Assembly: GCA_963775425.1 (NCBI GenBank)
Contig: CAVZJB010000007.1
Location: forward strand, 160,001-224,000
Reading direction: 5' to 3'
Length of the DNA: 64,000 nucleotides
Source: an uncultured delta proteobacterium
Lineage (GTDB): Bacteria > Myxococcota > UBA727 > VGSZ01
This document shows, one piece after another, positions 38,451 to 47,718 of the stretch; within the stretch, counting starts at the first letter, position 1, and every line of letters starts with the position of its first letter. Below the pieces are notes generated by a model. That model was given only the letters and a program-made list of their open reading frames with translations. It was not told the DNA's origin and searched no databases. Both the position numbers and the translations under genes were made by a program.

Positions 38451-39506
38451 TCAGGCGATGGTGACGCCCTTGTCGAGGTAGACGTCCTGGATGGTGTGGA
38501 GCAGCTCCACACCTTCCCTGCGCGACTTCTGGAACGCCTTGCGGCCCGAGATGAGGCCCATGCCGCCCGCGCGCTTGTTGACGACGGCGGTGCGCACGGC
38601 CTCGGCGAGGTCCGTGTCGCCCTTGGACTCGCCGCCCGAGTTGATGAGCGGCGCGCGACCCATGTAGCAGCACGCGATCTGGTAGCGGCACAGGTCGATG
38701 GGGTTGTCGCTCGTGAGGTTTTCGTAGACGAGCTTGGAGGTCTTGCCGAAGCCGATGGCGTTGTAGCCGCCGTTGTTGCTCGGCAGCTTCTGCTTGATGA
38801 TGTCCGCCTGCAGCGTGGCGCCGAGGTGGTTGGCCTGACCCGTGAGGTCCGCCGAGGCCTCGTAGTTGACGCCGTCCTTCTTGAAGGCGCTGTTGCGGAC
38901 GTAGCACCACAGGACGGTGACCATGCCGAGCTCGTGCGCGCGGGCGAAGGCGTCGGACACCTCCTGCAACTGGCGGCGCGAGTTGGGGTGCCCCCAGTAC
39001 ACGGTGGCGCCCACCGACGTGCAGCCCATCTCGAAGGCGCGGTCGACGGTGGTGAACATGGTCTGGTCGGGCTCTTGCGGCAGCGACAGCAGCTCGTTGT
39101 GGTTGAGCTTGAGCATGATCTGGATCTTGTGCGCGTACTTGCGGGCGATGGATCCGAGGACGCCGTACGTCGAGCACACGGCGTTGCAGCCGCCCTCGAT
39201 GGCGAGCTCCACGATGTTCTTCGGATCGAAGTACTCGGGGTTCGGCGCGAACGACGCGCCCGCCGAGTGCTCGATGCCCTGGTCCACGGGGAGGATGCTG
39301 ACGTAGCCGGTGCCCGCCAGGCGGCCGTTGTTCATGATCGCCTGGAAGTTCCGCATCACGGCGGGGCCGCGGTCGCTGGAGCTGAAGACGCGGTCGACGA
39401 AGTCGGGGCCGGGCAGGTGCAGGCTCTCCTTCGGGATGGTCTTGCTCGTGTGGTTGAGCAGGCTCTCGTCTTTGCCGAGCAGCGACGTGATCTTCTGAAG
39501 CGACAT
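38451..39506 (-). CDS. fbaB: Class I fructose-bisphosphate aldolase (DhnA/FbaB type)
   Basis: [44 protein letters not shown]; GGAGG before ATG 39506. Confidence 0.95.
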   Translation of the reverse strand: MSLQKITSLLGKDESLLNHTSKTIPKESLHLPGPDFVDRVFSSSDRGPAVMRNFQAIMNNGRLAGTGYVSILPVDQGIEHSAGASFAPNPEYFDPKNIVELAIEGGCNAVCSTYGVLGSIARKYAHKIQIMLKLNHNELLSLPQEPDQTMFTTVDRAFEMGCTSVGATVYWGHPNSRRQLQEVSDAFARAHELGMVTVLWCYVRNSAFKKDGVNYEASADLTGQANHLGATLQADIIKQKLPSNNGGYNAIGFGKTSKLVYENLTSDNPIDLCRYQIACCYMGRAPLINSGGESKGDTDLAEAVRTAVVNKRAGGMGLISGRKAFQKSRREGVELLHTIQDVYLDKGVTIA

Positions 39507-39543
39507 CGATCCCTCCGGATACACAAGTCCGGGCGGGGAAGTA

Positions 39544-40686
39544 TCACCGCCTCCGAAGCAGCGCCAGAGCGACCGCGGCCACGGCGACGACCGCAGCGGA
39601 CACGGTGAGCGCCGCACGTCCCGACACCTGCTCCCAGACTTCGCCGATGAGCAGGCCCGACGGCAGGGAGGCGAGACCGGTGAACAGGTAATACGCGCCG
39701 AAGGCACGGCCGCGCGCCTCGTCGGGCGCGGCGTTTCGCACGAGCACCTTCTCCACCGGCTCGCGCGCCCCGTGGCCGACGCCGACGACGACGGCGCCCA
39801 CCCAGATGATGGCGGGGCTCTGGACGGTGAGGAGCGCGAAGCCCGCGGCCACCGCGGCCCACGCGGCGACGACGGCGAAGCGCGAGTGGACGTTGTACCG
39901 GCCCATCTGGCTGGCGGCGATGACCTTGGCGAGGTGCAGGACGCTCCAGAGCGCCGGCAAGAGCGGCTCGGCGAGCCCGAGGTCGCGGCCGCGCACGAGG
40001 AGGAAGCTGTCGCCGGCGACGCCGACGGAGAACAGACCGACGACGGACAGGAGCGCCCACAAAGACGCCGGCAGCTTCACGCGCGGTCGCTTCTCGCCGG
40101 CGGCGGCGGCGGCGGCCTTTCGCGGCTTTTCCTTCGCGAAGAAGAACAGGGTGAGCACGGCGACGGCGCCGGGGATCCAGGCGAGCGCGATGGCCTCGCG
40201 GGCGCTGAGCCCGGCGAAGAGCAGCCCGGACGCGACGAGCGGACCGAAGAACGCCCCCGTGTGGTCCATCATGCGGTGGAACGCGTACGCCTTGGGCGCG
40301 TCGTCGGGGGGGACGGCGTCGGCGATGAGGGCGTCGCGGGGCGCGGAGCGCAGGCCCTTGCCCACGCGGTCGACGGCGCGGACCAGCACGGCGTGCCAGG
40401 GGGCGGTGGCGAACGTGACCAGCGGGCGGACGGCGGTGGACAGCGTGTAGCCGGCGAGGACGAAGGGCTTCCGTTTGGCCGCGCGATCGGAGAGGCCGCC
40501 GAAGACCAGCTTCAAGACCGCGGCCACGGCGTCGGCGATGCCCTCGAGCAGGCCGACGGCGACGGGCCCGGCGCCCATGCCGCCGATGAGCAGGGACGGC
40601 AGCAGCGGGAGGATCATCTCCGACGACACGTCGGTGAAGAGGCTCACGAGCCCGAGCGCGATGACGAGCCGCGGAAGCTTGCGCAC
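39544..40686 (-). CDS. MFS transporter
   Basis: [35 protein letters not shown]; about 12 TMs. Confidence 0.92.
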   Translation of the reverse strand: MRKLPRLVIALGLVSLFTDVSSEMILPLLPSLLIGGMGAGPVAVGLLEGIADAVAAVLKLVFGGLSDRAAKRKPFVLAGYTLSTAVRPLVTFATAPWHAVLVRAVDRVGKGLRSAPRDALIADAVPPDDAPKAYAFHRMMDHTGAFFGPLVASGLLFAGLSAREAIALAWIPGAVAVLTLFFFAKEKPRKAAAAAAGEKRPRVKLPASLWALLSVVGLFSVGVAGDSFLLVRGRDLGLAEPLLPALWSVLHLAKVIAASQMGRYNVHSRFAVVAAWAAVAAGFALLTVQSPAIIWVGAVVVGVGHGAREPVEKVLVRNAAPDEARGRAFGAYYLFTGLASLPSGLLIGEVWEQVSGRAALTVSAAVVAVAAVALALLRRR

Positions 40687-40792
40687 GCGCCATCCTGCGA
40701 ACCCCCGCCCCGCGCGTCAAACGCGGCGCGCTCGGCCATCCCTCGTGGGGCGCATGTGGCGCGCGCCGCCGGGTTCATGCGACGGTCATCCC

Positions 40793-42964
40793 GTGGTGCT
40801 CGACATCGTCGTCGCGCTCTCCGCCGTGGCGAGCGGCCCCGGCTTCCCGGCGTTCGACGCCGGCGTCGAGCGCGTGCTCGCCGGCAGCGGACCCGCGTAC
40901 GCCCGCGGCGGGAGCGAGGACGCCGCCGGCGGGGCCTGCGAACAGGCGCGCACGCACGGCGTCTTCTCCGTCGACGGCGGCGCGCTCCGCTTGCAGGCGC
41001 CCGCGGCGTACGGCGAGAGCACGTGGGTGTGCGACGCCCGCGTCGACGACGGCGTCGCGCGCATGAAGATCCACGCGGGCACGCGCACCGACGTCAGCCT
41101 GCTCCTGCGGGCCAAAGCCGCCGCACCCTGCCGGGGCCCCGCGTCGGCGTGCGCTCACCCCGGCGGACCACGAGCCGGCGAGCTCGAAGAGGGCTACGCC
41201 GTCACCGTCGACGACACCCGCGGGCGCGCGCTCCTCAAGCTCTCGCGCTTCGAGCACGGCGTGCCGCGCTTGCTCGGCGCCGAGGCCCGCATCCCCGGCT
41301 TCAGGAGCGGCGCCGACACGGAGCTCGTCGTCGTCGCCGCCGGGCCGTTCCTGTCGGCGACGCTGTACGACGCCGACACGCTCGCGCCCCGCGCGCACGT
41401 CGAGGTGCACGACGGCCGCGCCCGCGCCGGCGGCGTGGGCGTGCGCTTCGGCAAGAGGAGCGACGCCGCCGTGACGCTCTTGTCCGCGGGCCCGGTGCGC
41501 TCGTCGACGACGGCGGCGCGCGACGGGGGCGGACACACCGGGGGTGCCGGGGACGTCGACGAGGACGCCGGCGCCGGTGCCGAGCGCCTGGTGATCTTTC
41601 CGCCCGCACAGCGCCCGCGCGTCCCCCGGGGGCTCCACGCCTATGCGCGCGGCGACGCCGCCGCCGTCTTGACCGACCCCGTCGGCCTCGAGCGCCTCCT
41701 GCGCGCCGGCGTCGTCCCCCTCGAGGTGCACGCGCAGATCCCCTGGATGGACGAGGACGCGGAGCTGCGCGCCCACCTCGGCCAACCGCCGAAGAAGACG
41801 GCGCGCGGCTTCGTCATCGACGAGAGCTACAAGGACGCGGACATGGTCGCGGCGCTCCTGCACGGCTACGCCGAGCGCTACCCCGGGCTCACCCGCCTCG
41901 AGCAGATCGGCACCACCACCGACGGCCGCGCGCTGTGGGCGCTCGCGATCGGCGAGCACATCGACGGCGACGTCGACACCGTCCTCCTCGACGGCGCCCA
42001 CCACGGCGGCGAGCTCATGTCCATCGAGGTCGTGCTCGACGCCGTGCAACAGCTCCTCGAGCACCCCGGCGACTACGACGACGTCCTCGAGCGCGTCACC
42101 GTGTGGTGCGTGCCCCTCGTCAACGTCGACGGCAACATGCGCTACATCCACGACACGCGCGACTACGACCGCAAGAACGGCCGCGACGTCGACGAAAACG
42201 GCAGGGTCGACGGCTGGGACGGCGTGGACCTCTACCGCAACTACCCCGCCGACTGGGGCGGCCTCGGCGAGGTCGGCTCGCGCTCGAACCCGTTTCACTA
42301 CCGCTACCGGGGGCCGGCCGCGGGGAGCGAGCCGGAGCCGCAGGCGATGATGAAGCTGGCGGCGCGCGAGCGCTTCACGGCGTCCATCGACTTCCACACC
42401 AACGCCACGGCCATCCTCGTGCCCTACACCGATCCGGACATGAAGAGCCCGGAGCCGAACGAGGCCTGGGACGTGGCCGAGGAGGTCGCCCGCGGCCTGC
42501 CTGTGCAAATTAACGGTAAGCGCTACACCGTCCGAAGGAACCTCTACGCCGTCGACGGCACCTTCCAGGACTGGCTGCGCGAGACCTTCGGCACCGTCGC
42601 CCTCCTCGTCGAGGGCCCCGAGAACAACCCCCTGCCCTACGCCCGGCACCGCGGCGCCAACGTCGCCGGCACGCGCGGCACCTGGCAGCACCTGCTTTTG
42701 CGCACCGTCCGCGGGCCCGGCGTCGCCGGCCACGTCCGCGGCGACGACGGCGCGCCCCTCGAGGCGCAAGTCTCCGTCGACGAGCAGCAGGCCGCGCGCG
42801 GCGAGCGCTGGACCTCCCGCCCGCGCGACGGCCGCTTCCACCGGTTGCTGCCGGCGGGCACGTACACCCTGCGCGCCCGCGCCGCCGGCTACGCCGACAA
42901 GACCGCGCGGGTCGTCATCAAGCCCGGCAAGACCGCGGTGGTCGAGCTCGTCCTGTCCCGCTGA
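40793..42964 (+). CDS. M14 zinc carboxypeptidase with an N-terminal beta domain and a C-terminal carboxypeptidase-regulatory-like domain
   Basis: HHGGE (HxxE), RKN, GVDLYRNY, SEPE, IDFH; C-terminus PAGTYTLRARAAGY. Start uncertain. Confidence 0.87.
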   Translation: MVLDIVVALSAVASGPGFPAFDAGVERVLAGSGPAYARGGSEDAAGGACEQARTHGVFSVDGGALRLQAPAAYGESTWVCDARVDDGVARMKIHAGTRTDVSLLLRAKAAAPCRGPASACAHPGGPRAGELEEGYAVTVDDTRGRALLKLSRFEHGVPRLLGAEARIPGFRSGADTELVVVAAGPFLSATLYDADTLAPRAHVEVHDGRARAGGVGVRFGKRSDAAVTLLSAGPVRSSTTAARDGGGHTGGAGDVDEDAGAGAERLVIFPPAQRPRVPRGLHAYARGDAAAVLTDPVGLERLLRAGVVPLEVHAQIPWMDEDAELRAHLGQPPKKTARGFVIDESYKDADMVAALLHGYAERYPGLTRLEQIGTTTDGRALWALAIGEHIDGDVDTVLLDGAHHGGELMSIEVVLDAVQQLLEHPGDYDDVLERVTVWCVPLVNVDGNMRYIHDTRDYDRKNGRDVDENGRVDGWDGVDLYRNYPADWGGLGEVGSRSNPFHYRYRGPAAGSEPEPQAMMKLAARERFTASIDFHTNATAILVPYTDPDMKSPEPNEAWDVAEEVARGLPVQINGKRYTVRRNLYAVDGTFQDWLRETFGTVALLVEGPENNPLPYARHRGANVAGTRGTWQHLLLRTVRGPGVAGHVRGDDGAPLEAQVSVDEQQAARGERWTSRPRDGRFHRLLPAGTYTLRARAAGYADKTARVVIKPGKTAVVELVLSR

Positions 42965-43097
42965 GCCTCCCGCAGACCGGGGGCGCCCCGCCCCCGTCCG
43001 CGCTACGCTTCCGCCCGCGCGCTGTGCTACGGAATTGCGACCCAAGGGAGCAGCCGCGCTCCTCTTCGGCACCGGGCGCCCGCGGAGGTCCCGTCGC

Positions 43098-44825
43098 ATG
43101 CTCATCCCCACCCTCGCCATCCTCGGCCGCGCGCTCGTCACGGTCGCCGCCGCCTCCTCCTCCCCCGCGTCGTTGTCGCCGTGCGCCACGGCGCCGCCGG
43201 GGATGACCTGCGTCGCCGGCGGCGCCGTCACCGTCGGCAGCGACGACGCACCCAACGAGAAGCCACAGCGGAGCGTTCAGCTCTCGACGTTCTACGTCGA
43301 CACGCACGAGGCCACGAACGCGGAGTACGCCGCGTGCGCCAAGGTCGGCGCGTGCCCCAAGCGCAACAGGACAGGCGCCGCCGGCGACGCCGCCACCGGG
43401 CTCGACTATCACCGGGCGCTGCGCTTCTGCACCTGGGCGGGCAAGCGCCTGCCGACGGAGTGGGAGTGGGAGAAGGCGGCGCGCACGGTGAAGCTCGACA
43501 CGGCCGGCCGTCGCGAGTGGACGTCGTCGTGGCTCGGCATCACCGGCAAGCGGAAGGCGCCCGTCGACGCTGCCGCCACCGGCGACGCCGACGTCCTCCC
43601 CGCGAAGAAGAGGCCCGCGTACGTCGGCATCCCGCGCACGAGCAAGGATCCGTGTCAGGACTGCGACGGCGTCGATCCGCGCGGTCCGTGTGACGGCGCC
43701 ATGCCCTGCGTCGACGGCGGCGACGCCAAGATCGTGCGCGGCGGCAAGAGCGTGAGCTGGCGCCGCGGTGAGCCGTTGACGGCGGCGACGCCGAAGCTCG
43801 CCGTGCGCTGCGTGTCGTCGTCGCCGGTGCTCACGCGCTTCCCCGCGAAGATAGCGACGGAGAAGCGGGCGACGCCGCCGGCGCCCACGCCGCCCACGGC
43901 GGAGCAGTTGAAGACGTTCGCCGACGTCAAAGAGGACCCCCTCGATACGCAGGTGTGCGCGAAGAAGGGCCGCTCCTTCCTCGATTGCCGCGACCCCAAG
44001 TCGTACATCAAGTCGAACGAGCCGCGGCAGCAGGTGTGGCGGCCGTACATCGAGAACCTCGGCGGCGGCTACACCGGCGTGGGCATCGACCAGAACTACA
44101 CGTTCATCGCGGCCGCGCACTCGCAGTGGGCGTGGCTGTTCGACTACGACCCCACCGTCGTGCGCCTGCACTGGATCCTGCGCGCCGTGATCCTGCACGC
44201 GGACAACCGCGGGAGCTTCGTGGACGCGTTCCGGCCGAAGAACGCCGCCTCCACCCTGGCCGTCCTCGACGAGGAGTACCGGGGCAACGCCGAGCTGCCC
44301 GCGTACCGCGAGATCTACAAGGTGTCCCGCGCCGCGTTGCTCAAGTACTACGCGCGCCAGCTCGTGGGCGAAGGCGGCGACGCCACGTTCGGTTGGCTGT
44401 CCACCGACGACAACTACGGCTACATCCGCACGATGTACCAGCAGGGGCGCATCCGCGCGTTCAAGGGCAACATGCTCGGCGACAACACGATGCAGGGGAT
44501 CGCGGCGGCGGCCAAGAAGATGGGGGTGACCATCCGCGTCTACTATCCCTCGAACGCGCCGGAGTGCTGGCCGTTCACCCGGTCCTACAAGAACAACGTC
44601 ATCGCGTTGCCCTTCGACGACCACAGCGTCGTCCTGCAGACCGTGTCCGGGCTCGCGCCGGGCTACGTCAAAAAGACAGGTCATTGGCACTACAACGTCC
44701 AGTCCGCTTTGCTCCAGCAGGACCTCATGCGCCGCAAGGGGACGGTGTTGGCCAAGCAGCTCATCGAGGTCCGCAACAAGACGCAGGACCCCGATCTCAC
44801 CATCTCGGGCCTCGCGGGCGATTGA
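43098..44825 (+). CDS. Secreted FGE-sulfatase (SUMF1)-like domain fused to an uncharacterised C-terminal domain
   Basis: PPGMTCVAGGAVTVG, FYVDTHEATN, RLPTEWEWEKAAR; then YIKSNE...GGGYTGVGIDQNYTF...DYDP; GGAGG upstream. Confidence 0.75.
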   Translation: MLIPTLAILGRALVTVAAASSSPASLSPCATAPPGMTCVAGGAVTVGSDDAPNEKPQRSVQLSTFYVDTHEATNAEYAACAKVGACPKRNRTGAAGDAATGLDYHRALRFCTWAGKRLPTEWEWEKAARTVKLDTAGRREWTSSWLGITGKRKAPVDAAATGDADVLPAKKRPAYVGIPRTSKDPCQDCDGVDPRGPCDGAMPCVDGGDAKIVRGGKSVSWRRGEPLTAATPKLAVRCVSSSPVLTRFPAKIATEKRATPPAPTPPTAEQLKTFADVKEDPLDTQVCAKKGRSFLDCRDPKSYIKSNEPRQQVWRPYIENLGGGYTGVGIDQNYTFIAAAHSQWAWLFDYDPTVVRLHWILRAVILHADNRGSFVDAFRPKNAASTLAVLDEEYRGNAELPAYREIYKVSRAALLKYYARQLVGEGGDATFGWLSTDDNYGYIRTMYQQGRIRAFKGNMLGDNTMQGIAAAAKKMGVTIRVYYPSNAPECWPFTRSYKNNVIALPFDDHSVVLQTVSGLAPGYVKKTGHWHYNVQSALLQQDLMRRKGTVLAKQLIEVRNKTQDPDLTISGLAGD

Positions 44826-44910
44826 GCGACCGTCCTCGTCGAGTGAGCACATTTCCCTACTGCGCGCGAGCGAACGAAGCGCGCCCGCGACGATGTGCGA
44901 TAGTCGACGC

Positions 44911-47190
44911 ATGCGCGAATGCACGGAGTGCGGCGCGACCTACGGCGACGAGGTGCTGTTCTGCAGCATCGACGAGTCGCCGACGACGCCGAAGCTTCAG
45001 CCTCCATCGACGCGACGGAGCGTCGCCAAGGCCGGCGACGTGCTCGGCAACTACCAGCTCAAGGAGCTGCTCGGCGTCGGGGGCATGGGCCTGGTGTTCC
45101 TCGCGGAGCACACGCTGTTGAAGCGCAAGGTGGCGCTGAAGCTCCTGCGCCCCGATCTCGCCTACGACCCGGTCGCCATCCAGCGCTTCTTCGCGGAGGC
45201 GCGCGCGGTGAACCAGATCGCGCACGAGAACATCGTCGAGGTCACCGACTTCGTCGAGGAGGGCGACCACCGCTACTTCGTGATGGAGCTGTTGCAGGGC
45301 CACGTGCTCGCGGAGGCGCTGCGCGACGGCCGCCTGCCCCTGCCACGCGCCGTGCACATCGCCCGGCAGATCGCGGCGGCGCTGGGGGCGACGCACGACG
45401 CCGGCGTCATCCATCGCGACATGAAGCCCGACAACATCTTCCTCATCCGCCGCGGCGCGGACCGGGACTTCGTGAAGGTGCTCGACTTCGGCGTCGCCAA
45501 GGTCTCCGGGCTCGAGCGTGACGCCGTGGAGAAGACGGCGGCCGGCAGCCTGCTGGGGACGCCGGCGTACATGGCGCCGGAGCAGCTCTCGCAAAAGCCC
45601 GTCGACCACCGCGTCGACATCTACGCCCTGGGCGTGTTGATGTTCGAGCTGGTCGTGGGGCGGCGGCCGTTTCAGGGCACGAGCATCGGCGAGATCATCG
45701 TGCAGCAGCTCACGCACCCGGCGCCGCGGCCCTCGGTGGTGATGCAGGGCACCGGCGAAGGCCTCGTGATGCCGGAGGCGCTGGAGGCGTTGATCCTGTC
45801 TTGTCTGGAGAAAGACCCGGACAAACGGCCGCAGACCATGCGCGCCATCGTCGACGCGCTCGGCGGGATCGACAAGGCGGTACGCGAGCTGTCGCGGGCG
45901 GGCGCCGACGACGAGGCCGGCGGCGACGGCGGCACCGGCGACTACGCTCTGCCGTCGTCGGGCGGGTGGATCGTGGTGCCCGCGCAGCGCGACCAGCCCG
46001 TGGAGACCTCGGGCGCGAACACGCCCGCGCCCGGCGCGGCGCCGGCGCCCATCGCGCTGCCGGCGACGACGCCCGCGCAGGCGGAGCCGGAGCAGCTCGA
46101 CGAGGTCGAGGACTTCGAGCCCCTCGACGATCCCGCGGAGCAGGGCGCCGCCGCGTTCTTCCCCGCGGCGCCCGCGACGACGGAGGCCCCGGCCGCAGCG
46201 CCGGCGACGAACGACGCGGCGCCTCCCTCGGGCACGGGGACGAACGACGCAGCGCCGCCCCCGGGCACAGGGGCGGCGACGACGAACGGCCCGGCGCCGC
46301 CCTCGAGCACAGGGACGAACGATGCAGCGCCGCCATCGGGGACGGCGAGCAAGGACGCGCCGGCGACGAACGCGGCGGAGACGAACGCGGCGGAGGCGAC
46401 GGCGGGCGACGACATCGCCGAAAAGACCGCGCCGACGGGCGCGCACGACGTGCTCGGCGACCAGGCCGAGGTGCGCTATCCGATCGCGCGCCCCCCGGCG
46501 TCGCGTCAACCCCGGGCGCGCCGCACGCGATCGCTCGCCATCGCCGCCGGCGTCATCGTCGTCGTCGGCGTCGTGGCCGTCGTCGCCGTCGTCGCGCTCT
46601 CGCCGGCGAGCGGGCCGGACACCTCCGCCGGCGGCGCGCACACCGGTGACGCGGCCGCGCACGCCCGCGACGACGGCGCGGGGGCGCGAGCGGACGAGGG
46701 CGCGGCGCACGCTGCGGCGACGCACGCCGACGAGGGCGCGGCGCGCGCTCCGGCGACGCAGGGCGACGAGGGCGCGGCGCACGCTGCGGCGACGCACGCC
46801 GACGAGGGCGCGGCGCACGCTGCGGCGACGCACGCCGACGAGGGCGCGGCGCACGCCGACGAGGGCGCGGCACACCGCGCGGCCGCGAAGGAGCCGGGCC
46901 GCGCCGCCGCCGCGCCGGAGCGCGTGTCGGTGCGGTTCTCGTCGAAGCCCCCGGGCGCCACCGTCGTCGTCGCCGGGCACACGATTGGAAAGACGCCGCT
47001 GTCGGCGCCGGTGCCGGCCGGCCGCCACACGGTGGCCTTCAAGCTCGCCGGCTACGCGACCCGCATGAGCATGACCACGCTCGCCGAGGGCGCCGCCGTC
47101 GACGCCGTCCTCGTCATGAAGCAGCCGAAGGCGGCGCCGGCCGAGGACCTCAAGAGCGGCGGCCTCATCAACCCCTTCAAGAAGAACTGA
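44911..47190 (+). CDS. Membrane Ser/Thr kinase with a C-terminal PEGA domain
   Basis: N-terminal CTECG..C; LGVGGMG, VALK, HRDMKPDN, DFG, GTPAYMAPE; TM; SKPPGATV...IGKTP PEGA pattern. Confidence 0.93.
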   Translation: MRECTECGATYGDEVLFCSIDESPTTPKLQPPSTRRSVAKAGDVLGNYQLKELLGVGGMGLVFLAEHTLLKRKVALKLLRPDLAYDPVAIQRFFAEARAVNQIAHENIVEVTDFVEEGDHRYFVMELLQGHVLAEALRDGRLPLPRAVHIARQIAAALGATHDAGVIHRDMKPDNIFLIRRGADRDFVKVLDFGVAKVSGLERDAVEKTAAGSLLGTPAYMAPEQLSQKPVDHRVDIYALGVLMFELVVGRRPFQGTSIGEIIVQQLTHPAPRPSVVMQGTGEGLVMPEALEALILSCLEKDPDKRPQTMRAIVDALGGIDKAVRELSRAGADDEAGGDGGTGDYALPSSGGWIVVPAQRDQPVETSGANTPAPGAAPAPIALPATTPAQAEPEQLDEVEDFEPLDDPAEQGAAAFFPAAPATTEAPAAAPATNDAAPPSGTGTNDAAPPPGTGAATTNGPAPPSSTGTNDAAPPSGTASKDAPATNAAETNAAEATAGDDIAEKTAPTGAHDVLGDQAEVRYPIARPPASRQPRARRTRSLAIAAGVIVVVGVVAVVAVVALSPASGPDTSAGGAHTGDAAAHARDDGAGARADEGAAHAAATHADEGAARAPATQGDEGAAHAAATHADEGAAHAAATHADEGAAHADEGAAHRAAAKEPGRAAAAPERVSVRFSSKPPGATVVVAGHTIGKTPLSAPVPAGRHTVAFKLAGYATRMSMTTLAEGAAVDAVLVMKQPKAAPAEDLKSGGLINPFKKN
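46690..46875 (+). repeat. 36-bp coding tandem repeat (ADEGAAHAAATH) x4 plus two truncated units
   Basis: Read directly, in the extracytoplasmic linker of the kinase. Confidence 0.85.
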
Positions 47191-47193
47191 CCC

Positions 47194-47718
47194 ATGCGCT
47201 CCCTCGTCGTCATCGTCCTCCTCGCCGGCGCCGCGCGCGCCGGCGACGCCGAGGTCAAGGCGCAGGCGCTCTACAACGACGGCGAGGCCGCCTACGCGGC
47301 CGGCCACTACGACGAGGCCCTCGGCAGGTTCCAGGCCGCCTACGACGCGGCCCCGGTCCCCGCGCTCCTGTTCAACATCGGCCAGTGCCACCGCCAGCTC
47401 AAGCACCACGACAAGGCCGTCGAGTACTTCCAGCGCTACCTCGACGAGGCCGCCGACATCAAGAACCGCGGCGAGATCTCCGAGATGATCGCCGACGAGA
47501 AGGCCCTCGCCGCCGCCGAGAAGCCGCCCCCGCCCCCGCCTGCGCCGCCCGCCGACGAGCCGCCCGCGATCTGGCAGCAGCCGCTGTTCTGGGGCGTCGC
47601 CGGCGGCGCCGCGCTCGCCGTCCTCGCGGGCAGCACCGTCGCCGTCGTCATCGCCACGCAGCCGCCGCCGCCCTCGCCGACGGGATCCCTCGGCACGTTC
47701 GACTTGAGGGCGCGGTGA
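47194..47718 (+). CDS. Secreted TPR protein
   Basis: AQALYNDG..AYAAGHYDEAL..F; LLFNIGQCHRQL...AVEYFQRYL; C-terminal hydrophobic segment. Confidence 0.85.
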   Translation: MRSLVVIVLLAGAARAGDAEVKAQALYNDGEAAYAAGHYDEALGRFQAAYDAAPVPALLFNIGQCHRQLKHHDKAVEYFQRYLDEAADIKNRGEISEMIADEKALAAAEKPPPPPPAPPADEPPAIWQQPLFWGVAGGAALAVLAGSTVAVVIATQPPPPSPTGSLGTFDLRAR

